A stretch of 41,343 bases of DNA from a virus: IMG/VR virus record IMGVR_UViG_3300050030_000016. One strand, given 5' to 3'. Of this stretch, positions 1 through 8,336 are shown piece by piece (the first letter of the stretch is position 1; each line of letters begins with the position of its first letter). The position numbers and the translations under genes were made by a program. Under the pieces are notes generated by a model, which searched no databases, was not told the origin of the DNA, and saw nothing but the letters and a program-made list of their open reading frames with translations.

Positions 1-127
1 ACGACTGTATTTTTCAGATTGGTTAAGGCAGCGAAGGGCCATCCGTTCGCGGGCCTGTATGCCGTTGAACAGGTTTATATCAAAGCTGGCGCTATTGTTG
101 AAAAGACCATTGTGCACGAATGGGATT
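1..127. repeat. 127-bp terminal overlap, identical to 41217..41343
   Basis: Compared by eye base for base and found identical. Typical of an assembler overlap on a circular or terminally redundant template. Unique length is 41216 bp. Confidence 0.95.
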
Positions 128-330
128 TGAGAATCATCAGTGAATCCTGTTTGGCTAAGATGGGGGGATCTAGCGCTTTTGATGCCTATAAATACGACAA
201 TGGCGACCCGGAAGATCTGACCGGTATTCCATCCGCCCCCGAGGCCAAGGCCCGGACGGCGGAGGACATGAAAGAGCTTACCGCTAGGAAACTGGCCGCC
301 GAACTTAAGGGCAAGGAGCCGAAAATCTAA
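19..330 (+). CDS. hypothetical protein, 3' part of a gene split by the linearisation point
   Basis: The track ORF starts at TTG 19 with no SD. The frame stays open backwards across the junction to ATG 41196 (GGGGG 6 nt upstream), giving 116 aa. No motif recognised. Confidence 0.6.
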   Translation: MVKAAKGHPFAGLYAVEQVYIKAGAIVEKTIVHEWDLRIISESCLAKMGGSSAFDAYKYDNGDPEDLTGIPSAPEAKARTAEDMKELTARKLAAELKGKEPKI

Positions 331-674
331 TGTTCCAGACAGGTAACAAATTCGGTACCGGTCGCCCTAAGCGTTCTTTGTCCAAGCCCGAATTGCTGCT
401 CCCGGCTATATTGGCTAACGCTAATATCAACTGGGGCGGCGATTTCGTGCGGTTATATAAGATAATCAAAGAGCGCACTCTCACCGACCCTGAAAGAAAT
501 CTGTTATCTTTTTTCTTGCAGGTTCTACCGTATCTTTGCACGAAAGTTCAGTTGAAAGAGCTGGGTGGGTTGTCCAAGTCCACTCCTACGGAAAGCGTTG
601 AAAATGCTCGTCAAACTAGTGTATTGTTAAAGGCCCTAGAAGCTGAAAACAATGGACCCTCGGCTAAAAGCTAG
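330..674 (+). CDS. candidate small terminase subunit
   Basis: The ATG overlaps the previous stop (TAATG). The 3' end overlaps the large terminase by 23 nt. The N-terminal basic motif GNKFGTGRPKRS resembles the GNP.GRPKG motif of DUF5681-type small terminases. Position is upstream of terL. Confidence 0.5.
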   Translation: MFQTGNKFGTGRPKRSLSKPELLLPAILANANINWGGDFVRLYKIIKERTLTDPERNLLSFFLQVLPYLCTKVQLKELGGLSKSTPTESVENARQTSVLLKALEAENNGPSAKS

Positions 675-2142
675 GGCTATAGACGAGGCGTGGGGTCAAG
701 GAAATCTTTACTACCTGCTCCGCCCAAGTCAAAGGATACTCGAGGATGCCCGTAGGGCCTGCAAAGCGACAACTCGTAAGTTTGTGTTTTGTTGTGGCCG
801 TGGTTGGGGTAAGTCTTTTAAGTTATTTATTTCTTGCGTCGAAACTGCTCTTCGCTTTCCGGGCAGCGATTCAGTATTCGTCGCTCCAGTTCAACGAAAG
901 GTTGCAGAGTACCTTGAACCTATAGCCCGGGGGGCATTCAAGGATTGTCCTGAGCGCATCAAACCGGTATTTCGCACAGCAGATTTAGTCTATAAGTTCC
1001 CTAACGGAAGCCGCATAATGGTGTGTGGTTCTAACCAGAAGTCTTTCGACAATATTCGTGGGGGGACGTTCAAGAAGGCCGCCGTAGACGAAGGTGCCTA
1101 CCACGACTATCTAATTGAACTTATAGAACGCGTTTTAATGCCCGCCCTGAACAAAGGGAATGGTGATTTGGAGCTTGGCTCCACTCCACCTGATGTTGAA
1201 CACCCCTTCGATCAGAGATATTGTACCGAGGCGGAGTTGGGTGGGTATTACTTTCATGCAACAGTACACGAGGCGGGGTATCCGCCGGACCAGATAGAAG
1301 AGTTCAAACGAGAATGCGGTTGGATCGAGAAAGAGAAGCGCTGGCGCTCCCCCGCGCACGAGTTGAATTGGCGCATTGAGTACATGGCCGAGCGGGGCCT
1401 ACGAAACCCGGATAAGACGATTATTCCTGGGTGGGACGATAAATATGTAAAGGATATAAAGCATGACCAGTATTATCCTTTCTTTCATAAAGCTGTGTCC
1501 CTGGATGTGGGTACAAAGCATGATCTCACGGTTGCTTTGTTTGGCTACTACCATTACCTTAACGCGACCCTTGTAATCGAAGATGAATTTCAAATTGCCG
1601 GGCCTGAGTTCACCACGTTACGGCTGTCCTCGGCAATTAAAGTTAAAGAACGTAATCTTTGGGGAAGTCAGTCTCCCGTACTCCGAACCTCGGATATTTC
1701 CGATATTCAGGCTGATCTCAACATCACACACAATATACCTTTTTCTAGTGCGGCCAAACTTGAGCTTCACGCAATGGTTAACAGACTTAATCTCCTTGTT
1801 GAAGCAGGTAGGTTAATAGTCCATCCAAGATGTAAGTTGTTGATTCAGACTTTAAAGAACGGTGTTTGGGACAAGAATAGAGTAGAGTTCGGGCGCTCAG
1901 AGATCGGGCTAGGCCACATGGACGCCCTGGCCTCGCTCATATACATGAACCTGGGGTTTGAGCCATGGTTTAATTCGAATCCCATACCCATAGGTAGCCC
2001 GACGTTCACAAATATAGATATGCACGGAACATACGGTAAGGCGAACGAGAGTGTGTGGTCTAAAGTTTTCCCCGCAGGGAATGAACCTGGCACGGATGAT
2101 AAGTTGCCGGAGATAGAAGATACTGATTTAGGAGACTGGTAA
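652..2142 (+). CDS. terL: terminase large subunit
   Basis: 496 aa. Walker A-like CGRGWGKS, Walker B-like AAVDEGAY, and a nuclease-domain Asp context SLDVGTKHD. A portal-sized gene follows directly. Confidence 0.9.
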   Translation: MDPRLKARAIDEAWGQGNLYYLLRPSQRILEDARRACKATTRKFVFCCGRGWGKSFKLFISCVETALRFPGSDSVFVAPVQRKVAEYLEPIARGAFKDCPERIKPVFRTADLVYKFPNGSRIMVCGSNQKSFDNIRGGTFKKAAVDEGAYHDYLIELIERVLMPALNKGNGDLELGSTPPDVEHPFDQRYCTEAELGGYYFHATVHEAGYPPDQIEEFKRECGWIEKEKRWRSPAHELNWRIEYMAERGLRNPDKTIIPGWDDKYVKDIKHDQYYPFFHKAVSLDVGTKHDLTVALFGYYHYLNATLVIEDEFQIAGPEFTTLRLSSAIKVKERNLWGSQSPVLRTSDISDIQADLNITHNIPFSSAAKLELHAMVNRLNLLVEAGRLIVHPRCKLLIQTLKNGVWDKNRVEFGRSEIGLGHMDALASLIYMNLGFEPWFNSNPIPIGSPTFTNIDMHGTYGKANESVWSKVFPAGNEPGTDDKLPEIEDTDLGDW

Positions 2143-4284
2143 ATGAGCGAATATAAAGAGGGCGAGAGCACCGTATACTTCGCAAATGAACCCCTAGACA
2201 AACTGGGTGACGCGCTCCTCGACCGGGTTGAAAATTATTATATATTCTTGAACGCTACCGGGTTCATGAACCTTTGGAGGCGCTCCTTTGCATTCTTTTA
2301 TAACTCTGCACGATTGGGTGGACGAATCAACCCCGTTGGTAAAAAGCTTGAGCTACAGTCCATATCCATGGACGATTACCCCAATCTCCTTAGAAATATT
2401 CTCGTGCTCACAACCGCACAAACACCCGATATGCAGACGCTTTGCGCTAACGGCGATGAGAAAACCCTCGAACAAAATAAGTTAGGCCAACAGATTTTGC
2501 ACTATGAAACCCGACGCCATCGGGTCAACGATAAATTAAAGCAATGCGCGGAAGATGCGTTGTGGGCTGGGGAAGGATTCATTTACAAAGGTTGGAACCC
2601 GAACATCGGGGAAGAAGTAGCCCCGGACGCTAATACCGAAACTATGGCCCCCGAGATGGGAGCCGACGGACAGCAGAAGACCTTGCACGTTGGTGACTGG
2701 CAATTTGAGAATCTTACTTGCCTAGATATTATCCGCGATGTGGATTGCTTATCCTACGACGCCTGTCAGTGGGTTATCGTTCGCCGATTTCAAAACAAAT
2801 GGGATCTGATTGCCCAATACCCCCAGTTTAAAGATGAGATTATACGCGCGTCCTGGGCTCTCACGGACAAGCGAAATAGCAAGTTCGGATACTCGGCAGT
2901 CAATCACAGGGATTTGGTTCCTACCTTCGAGTTCTTCCACGATAGAACCCAGGCCGTACCCGATGGTCGCCAGACCTTTTTCTTAGATGCGGATACGATT
3001 TTGTTTGATGGACCCCTGGCCTACAGCTCCAGGCCGGTCTATCGCTGCTCCTACGCGGAACTCCGCAACAACCCTTTCGGATGGACAGTAGGATTTAGTC
3101 TACTTCCGTTAGCCGAAGCCAATAACCGGCTTACCTCAACGCTTCTTACAAACGTTGCCACATTTGGCGTCACTCGCATCCTTAACCCTAGAGGGGCCAA
3201 CATAAGCCTACAGGCGTTGTCCGAGAATCTATCGGTTATTGATTACACCCCGCAGGGGCCGACTGGCGGGAAGCCGGAAGTTTTGAACCTGTCCAATCCC
3301 ATCACACCAGAGGTTGGCGATTTACTGAAGTTTGTCAATCAGAAGATGGAAACCTACGCCGGGATCAACTCCACCCTTCGTGGCCAGGTTAACGACAACG
3401 GTGCGGAGAAGATGTCTGGGGCCGCCATGGCAATGCAAGCCTCGTTATCCTTGCAATATAACGCCGGATTTCAACAATCCTTCATCAAGACACTGGAGGA
3501 TGTCGGTACCGGGATGATTAACGACATTAAAGCGTTCGCCGATGCCCCTCGTATTGCCCTGATTATTGGGAAAGAAGATCAGGGGTACATGAAGTCCTAC
3601 GACAAGACGAGTTTTGAAGGTGTAGACCGTGTTGTGGTCGCGGCTGGAAATGCCCTACTGAATACTACGGCTGGGAAGATCAATCTGGCCGATCAACTCT
3701 TGCAGAACGGTATGCTCCCGCAGGGTGAAGCTGGGGCCATGAAGTATATCCAGGTTATGAACCAGGGCAGATTGGAACCAGAGACCCAGTATTTGCAATC
3801 TGAATACATGGCCATCCAGCAGGACAAGGAAGATCTGCTCTCTGGCAAACTTCCTATGATCCAAATGACCGATAACCACCCGTTACGGATGCAGGAAGTC
3901 AATACGTTGAATAATAATCCGCAAATCAGACAGAATCCGAACCTAGGTAACCTGGTAAGACAGTATATTATGGGTCATTTCCAACAATGGCTACAAATGC
4001 CGCCTCTTTTGGCCGCTGCAATGGGTATTCAGCCTCCGCCACCTCAGGGAGCACCCCCAGGAGCCCCCGGGAGTGCCCCAGCGGGTCCTACAGCGCCGGG
4101 AAAGCCGGGAATGCAGCATCCGAACCCCCAAACTCCCCATCCGCAACAGAAACCCCCCACAATGGGGCCGCCCCAAGCCGCGAAAGGTCCCAATATGCCG
4201 CAGATGCCCCAGAACGCGCCGCCGCAGCTCAAACAGAACGCTAAAATGATAACGCCGAGCCCGGCGATACCTCCAAGGAGCTAG
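2143..4284 (+). CDS. portal protein with Pro/Gln-rich C-terminal tail
   Basis: 713 aa, starting 1 nt after the terL stop. The terL-portal-scaffold-capsid order and the size are like P22-class portals. The last ~85 aa are low complexity (QPPPPQGAPPGAPGSAPAGP...). Confidence 0.75.
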   Translation: MSEYKEGESTVYFANEPLDKLGDALLDRVENYYIFLNATGFMNLWRRSFAFFYNSARLGGRINPVGKKLELQSISMDDYPNLLRNILVLTTAQTPDMQTLCANGDEKTLEQNKLGQQILHYETRRHRVNDKLKQCAEDALWAGEGFIYKGWNPNIGEEVAPDANTETMAPEMGADGQQKTLHVGDWQFENLTCLDIIRDVDCLSYDACQWVIVRRFQNKWDLIAQYPQFKDEIIRASWALTDKRNSKFGYSAVNHRDLVPTFEFFHDRTQAVPDGRQTFFLDADTILFDGPLAYSSRPVYRCSYAELRNNPFGWTVGFSLLPLAEANNRLTSTLLTNVATFGVTRILNPRGANISLQALSENLSVIDYTPQGPTGGKPEVLNLSNPITPEVGDLLKFVNQKMETYAGINSTLRGQVNDNGAEKMSGAAMAMQASLSLQYNAGFQQSFIKTLEDVGTGMINDIKAFADAPRIALIIGKEDQGYMKSYDKTSFEGVDRVVVAAGNALLNTTAGKINLADQLLQNGMLPQGEAGAMKYIQVMNQGRLEPETQYLQSEYMAIQQDKEDLLSGKLPMIQMTDNHPLRMQEVNTLNNNPQIRQNPNLGNLVRQYIMGHFQQWLQMPPLLAAAMGIQPPPPQGAPPGAPGSAPAGPTAPGKPGMQHPNPQTPHPQQKPPTMGPPQAAKGPNMPQMPQNAPPQLKQNAKMITPSPAIPPRS

Positions 4285-4287
4285 AAA

Positions 4288-4644
4288 ATGGAAATTCCTT
4301 CAATCACCACTATTGCACTCGCCACAGCCGCGTCGGGAGCAGGTACGACCGTTATCGACATGCGCGGTACGAACATCGCCTCGTTGCAGATCAATTCGAC
4401 CTTTAGCAACGCCGGGGATACCGACGTAATTACGCTAAAGATCAGCAATGACAACGTTAGTTTTGTGGCGTTCTCTACCAACAAGACCGTGACCTTGACG
4501 GGCGGTACTACCGACCATGCGTTATTCGAACTAGGCGTTATTGATTATGCGTTTCTGCAAGTCAGCTACGCGGCCCCTTCGGCCCATACAGTTACTTTGA
4601 GCGGGGTGCTGTACGCCACGCCTACAATCACAAGAGAGGCATAA
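4288..4644 (+). CDS. hypothetical virion-module protein
   Basis: 118 aa with SD AAGGAG upstream, 3 nt after the portal stop. Thr/Ser/Ala/Val-rich, beta-type composition. No motif. Confidence 0.6.
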   Translation: MEIPSITTIALATAASGAGTTVIDMRGTNIASLQINSTFSNAGDTDVITLKISNDNVSFVAFSTNKTVTLTGGTTDHALFELGVIDYAFLQVSYAAPSAHTVTLSGVLYATPTITREA

Positions 4645-4648
4645 TTTA

Positions 4649-5122
4649 ATGATCAAAGATACCCACGATTTGAGATACAATACCAACCCCGGACAAATAG
4701 AATACAATTCTGGAGCAGAAATTTGGCTTCCAGCGGCTGCACCTGGATTGCCTGGTTACGACCTTCTAACAAACAACGGGGTCTTAGACCTAGCGAACGT
4801 TAGCGCGGATGTTCCTCTCACAACCGTATTTACTCCGACGGTTACGGGAATGTATCTTTATTCGTTCTATGGAACTACCACGGTGAACGCGGGTTCCGCT
4901 ACCGGCGATGGTCCAAACGCGTACCTGCGTTGGACAGATGCGGGCGGGGCGCAAGGGTACTTTCAATTCGCGGGTAACTTGGACGGTATTCATAGTGATG
5001 GGGCAAATCAAGTTGCCCTTCCTATCTGGGCTATTGCCGGTACTCCTATCACGTTTAATACGTCAGCAGGAACATACACCACCGCGAGATGGAATTTTCA
5101 CCTCACTGTTAACAAGATATAA
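4649..5122 (+). CDS. hypothetical virion-module protein (possible jelly-roll/C1q-like C-terminal half)
   Basis: 157 aa. The segment TVTGMYLYSFYG...ARWNFHLTV is reminiscent of C1q/TNF-type jelly rolls. This is an impression by eye only. Confidence 0.55.
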   Translation: MIKDTHDLRYNTNPGQIEYNSGAEIWLPAAAPGLPGYDLLTNNGVLDLANVSADVPLTTVFTPTVTGMYLYSFYGTTTVNAGSATGDGPNAYLRWTDAGGAQGYFQFAGNLDGIHSDGANQVALPIWAIAGTPITFNTSAGTYTTARWNFHLTVNKI

Positions 5123-5195
5123 CCAAGCCGTTAAAAATATAGGTAGGCGTCCACCCGCCAAACGGACGACTTAGGGATTAATTTCCCAGGAAAGT

Positions 5196-5753
5196 ATGGG
5201 AACAAGAGATGGGGCCTGGAAAGGCGACGCCAAAATAGCCGCAGGGGTGGATGATCTCAACGACACCCATCCGTTAAATTGTACCGAAGATGGTACGTTA
5301 TTAGTTGATGTCAAGGGTACCGAAGTACCCATCGACGTAATAGTAAATAACATTGTTCCGGTTAGTCAGAGCGGAGCGTGGACGGTTAACCTTGGTACAG
5401 AACCCACCATTGATATCGGAAAGGTGGACCAAGGGAATGCCGGTCCTTATCCCTGGTTAGTAACTGGTTCTTTTAATTTTGTTCCCACGCCATCAACTAC
5501 GGCTACCGTTGTAGCAGAAACTATCGGTACGGAGCCCGTTTTGGTACTGGGTACGAATTTGAATAGAAAAGGATTTGCAATACAAAATACGAACCAAGTT
5601 ATTTATGTCAAGCTGGACTCTACGGTTTCGACAGCCTTGTATTCGTATGAATTACCCAAGAAAGGAATTTTAGAAATAGAAAATTATTGTGGTCCCGTTG
5701 CAGCCGTCACCGCCTCTGGTTCGACTATCGCAATGGTGACTGAAAAGGTGTAA
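5196..5753 (+). CDS. accessory structural paralogue 1 (shared C-terminal NxxRK...VTExV module)
   Basis: 185 aa. C-terminus LGTNLNRKGFAIQN...YCGPVAAVTASGSTIAMVTEKV aligns with the C-termini of the next two genes. Confidence 0.7.
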   Translation: MGTRDGAWKGDAKIAAGVDDLNDTHPLNCTEDGTLLVDVKGTEVPIDVIVNNIVPVSQSGAWTVNLGTEPTIDIGKVDQGNAGPYPWLVTGSFNFVPTPSTTATVVAETIGTEPVLVLGTNLNRKGFAIQNTNQVIYVKLDSTVSTALYSYELPKKGILEIENYCGPVAAVTASGSTIAMVTEKV

Positions 5754-5763
5754 GGAGTCTACC

Positions 5764-6663
5764 ATGTCCGTATTTTCCCCCGATGTAAATCTTGATTCAC
5801 CGTTGCCGTTACCCATTGATGGCGGTAATCCTAATGCGGTTTTAGTTACAGGATCAGTCACAGTTCTTAATGCGTCGATCCCGGTTACCGGAACTTTCTG
5901 GCAGGCCGTTCAACCCGTTTCTGGCACGTTTTGGCAAGCAGTTCAACCGGTTAGTGGAACGGTTGCGGTTTCAAACCCCGGTCTTACAGATACCCAGTTA
6001 CGCGCTTCTCCTGTTCCGGTCAGCGGCACAGTAGCCGTTAGTAACTTCCCGGCCACCGTTGCGGTTACACAAAGCACGTCACCCTGGGTTGTTAGTGGTA
6101 CAGTTACAGCCAACCTCGGTACGCTTAATGGCGCGGCGACGGCGGCGAATCAGGCTCTTGCACTAACCAGCCTGACCACACTTATTGCCAATCAAACGAA
6201 CGGAACGCAGACTGTTAGCGTTCTAAACTTCCCCGCCGATGCCGACGCGTTGGCCCAGGGCTCATCGACCGCCGGACAGCTCGGCGCGTTGGAGATGGGC
6301 GCAGTAACAACGGCGTCTCCGGTTTATGTAACCGGTACGACCCGTCCATTGTCCATTGATACCGCCGGAAATCTTCGCGTTGCGATGGTTAGCGCGGCGT
6401 CTTTATCTGATACGGTTACGCAGATTACTTCCACTGGCGCGAACCAGGTGCTACTAGCCGCCAATGCCGCTCGAAAGAAAGCCGTTCTATTCTTCGAAAG
6501 CGGAATCTGGGATGTTAAATTCGGAGCAGGCGCATCAGCCTCTAGCAAGACATACCATGTCAGTACCAGCAATACGACCATTGAGGTCCCAGTGTGGGCC
6601 GGAGAAATTGACGCCATCTGCACCACGTCTGGAAAGTTAGTTGACGTTACAGAAATGGTGTAA
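5764..6663 (+). CDS. accessory structural paralogue 2 with VSGTV-type repeats
   Basis: 299 aa. Tandem GTFWQAVQPVS x2 and repeated V.VSGTVAV.N units. C-terminus LLAANAARKKAVLFF...WAGEIDAICTTSGKLVDVTEMV. Confidence 0.75.
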   Translation: MSVFSPDVNLDSPLPLPIDGGNPNAVLVTGSVTVLNASIPVTGTFWQAVQPVSGTFWQAVQPVSGTVAVSNPGLTDTQLRASPVPVSGTVAVSNFPATVAVTQSTSPWVVSGTVTANLGTLNGAATAANQALALTSLTTLIANQTNGTQTVSVLNFPADADALAQGSSTAGQLGALEMGAVTTASPVYVTGTTRPLSIDTAGNLRVAMVSAASLSDTVTQITSTGANQVLLAANAARKKAVLFFESGIWDVKFGAGASASSKTYHVSTSNTTIEVPVWAGEIDAICTTSGKLVDVTEMV

Positions 6664-6672
6664 TAGGAGTTT

Positions 6673-7062
6673 ATGTCTATAGAGTCACAAGAAGCGATTA
6701 TTGAATCCACCTTCCTAGTAGATGCGGCTGGCTCTAATAAAGCAGCCGTATCTGCGACGGGGGCGTTGTCAGTTATAAGTACACAAGCTGGAACAACTGC
6801 CACTATTACCCAAGTATCAGTTGGGACGGCCTCCACTTTGTTACTGGCGGCTAATCCGAATAGAAAGAGTGTAGTGCTATGTAATCAGGGCGTTGTCACA
6901 GCGTTGTATATAGCTTTTGCTACAACTTGCTCGGCGGTTTCCTTTACATACAAGACCGTGACTGGACCCTATATTTTTCCGGTTGTCCTGGGTTACACGG
7001 GGGCGATTTCTGCCATCCAAGTAGGGGGGGCCGTTTTAGTCAATGTAACGGAAATTGTTTAA
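6673..7062 (+). CDS. accessory structural paralogue 3
   Basis: 129 aa. LLAANPNRKSVVLCNQG...YTGAISAIQVGGAVLVNVTEIV is the same C-terminal module. Confidence 0.7.
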   Translation: MSIESQEAIIESTFLVDAAGSNKAAVSATGALSVISTQAGTTATITQVSVGTASTLLLAANPNRKSVVLCNQGVVTALYIAFATTCSAVSFTYKTVTGPYIFPVVLGYTGAISAIQVGGAVLVNVTEIV

Positions 7063-7196
7063 TGAACTTCACCAGCATAGTAATAAATGATTTAAGCAAT
7101 CCCATTGAGGTTAAGGCCTGGATAGTTGATAATCCGACTGTAACAATACAATCTATACAAATAGTAGAAAGCCGAGCGTTTATTTTATATCAGTAA
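7062..7196 (+). CDS. small hypothetical protein (44 aa, below track cutoff as a stand-alone ORF)
   Basis: The ATG overlaps the upstream stop (TAATG). It ends 15 nt before the scaffold SD. It is the in-frame tail of track ORF 6927..7196. Confidence 0.4.
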   Translation: MNFTSIVINDLSNPIEVKAWIVDNPTVTIQSIQIVESRAFILYQ

Positions 7197-7211
7197 AGGA
7201 GACAAACTAGT

Positions 7212-8111
7212 ATGGCTAATCAGCCCGTCGCATCGACACCAGCAACACCCGCCGCACCGGCAGCCGCACCTGCTGCCACTGACCCGAAGGCCGTCGCCCC
7301 GGTATCTAAAACCACCGTTGCTCCTGTAGATGATTCGTGGGATGTCCACGAGGACGGGAAGGTAGTCAAAAAGTCTCGCAAAGAAATCATTGATGCCTAT
7401 CAGCTTCGCCAACTTAGCGATAAAAAGCGCTCTGAAGCTGACAAGACGCTACAAGAATACAACAAGCTGTTTGAGGTCTACAAGAAAGACCCTATTAAGT
7501 TCATGCAAGCGACTGGGGTGGACTTTGACAAACTGTCCACTAGCTACCTGTCCAAGAAAGCCGAAGATGCGATGCTGTCCCCCGAGGTTCGGGAGTCCAA
7601 CAAGCTTAAGGCAGAGAATGAGCAATACAAAAAATGGATCGAAGAACAGAAAACCAACAAAGAACGCCTCGACAAAGACGCCGCCATCGGCGTTGAAAGG
7701 GAACGCATTCATGGGGAGATCGTTCAAGCCATCGAAGAGGCAAAGGATCTTGGCATGCCAGTTGACGAGGAATTGGTTATTGCTATCGCCCAAAAGATGA
7801 TCCTGCAAGACAAGAAGCAGAAGCCCCTAAACGCTAAAGAGGCCCTTCCGCAAGCGTACGCCTCAACTCAGAAATGGCTGCAAGGAATGGCGTCAAAGAT
7901 GGAAGGCGAGGCAATCGTTAAATGGCTCGGTAAAGATGTGGCCATGAAGATCAGGAAGTATGATCTCACGCAACTCAAGGCCAGCCGGTCGGCAGCGTCC
8001 CCTGCACAGGGTAAGTCGCTAGTCAAAACTCCACAGGGTAAGAAGGCAGAGGCCCCTAGATACAAAACCTGGTCGGATTTCAAAGCCGCCCAGTTAGACG
8101 TAATCAAGTAA
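7212..8111 (+). CDS. scaffolding protein
   Basis: 299 aa with SD AAAGGAGA. Lys/Glu/Asp-rich with predicted coiled-coil composition. It sits directly upstream of the capsid gene, and its size matches P22-type scaffolds (~300 aa). Confidence 0.7.
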   Translation: MANQPVASTPATPAAPAAAPAATDPKAVAPVSKTTVAPVDDSWDVHEDGKVVKKSRKEIIDAYQLRQLSDKKRSEADKTLQEYNKLFEVYKKDPIKFMQATGVDFDKLSTSYLSKKAEDAMLSPEVRESNKLKAENEQYKKWIEEQKTNKERLDKDAAIGVERERIHGEIVQAIEEAKDLGMPVDEELVIAIAQKMILQDKKQKPLNAKEALPQAYASTQKWLQGMASKMEGEAIVKWLGKDVAMKIRKYDLTQLKASRSAASPAQGKSLVKTPQGKKAEAPRYKTWSDFKAAQLDVIK

Positions 8112-8115
8112 GATT

Positions 8116-8191
8116 CGCGGTGTGATGTTTCGGAAACATTCCTGGTCCATACCCAGGCTCCAAGTTGGTTCGACTCCAACCACCGCAACCA
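8116..8191 (+). tRNA. tRNA, anticodon CAT, initiator-like (C1xA72 mismatch), encoded CCA
   Basis: Hand-folded cloverleaf: acceptor CGCGGTG/CACCGCA, D stem ATGT/ACAT, anticodon stem CCTGG/CCAGG with loop TCCATAC, T arm GTTGG-TTCGACT-CCAAC, then A73 and CCA. Atypical points are C33 and a 6-nt variable loop. Confidence 0.75.
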
Positions 8192-8336
8192 ATTTAGACG
8201 TGCAACAGCGAGAACCTGTCATAAAGTGACAGTATTCTACCAGAACTAGGGCCGGACCCAGATCGCATCGGTATCCCACCTCACCTCTCAGCTTGTTGGG
8301 TTAAAGTAGTTTAAACTCAATAATAGGAGACTCACA

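Noticed and set aside
1-127. Interpreting the 127-bp repeat as genuine phage direct terminal repeats
   Set aside because: The repeat falls in the middle of an ORF. Its length equals a common assembler k-mer size, so an assembly overlap of a circular or concatemeric template is more likely. It cannot be settled without reads.
3987-4244. Three overlapping ORFs (61-85 aa) on both strands at the portal 3' end
   Set aside because: They are generated by the GC-rich Pro/Gln/Gly codon repeats of the portal tail.
5123-5195. Possible terminator hairpin CGTCC-N11-GGACG between structural genes
   Set aside because: It has only a 5-bp stem, an 11-nt loop and no T tract. That is too weak to call.
6324-6836. 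170-aa antisense ORF inside the accessory structural genes
   Set aside because: It lies antisense to two well-supported coupled genes. Its Ala/Val/Thr-rich translation is the mirror of their codon bias, and it has no SD.
7390-7808. 136-aa (+) and 119-aa (-) alternative-frame ORFs within the scaffold gene
   Set aside because: The Lys/Glu-rich scaffold sequence (AAG/GAA-rich) keeps other frames open. The translations are Arg/Lys/Ser/Pro-rich nonsense.
8116-8191. tRNA-like sequence as an attP remnant indicating a temperate lifestyle
   Set aside because: The full cloverleaf, including the 5' half, is present. No integrase, excisionase or repressor gene exists in the 41 kb.
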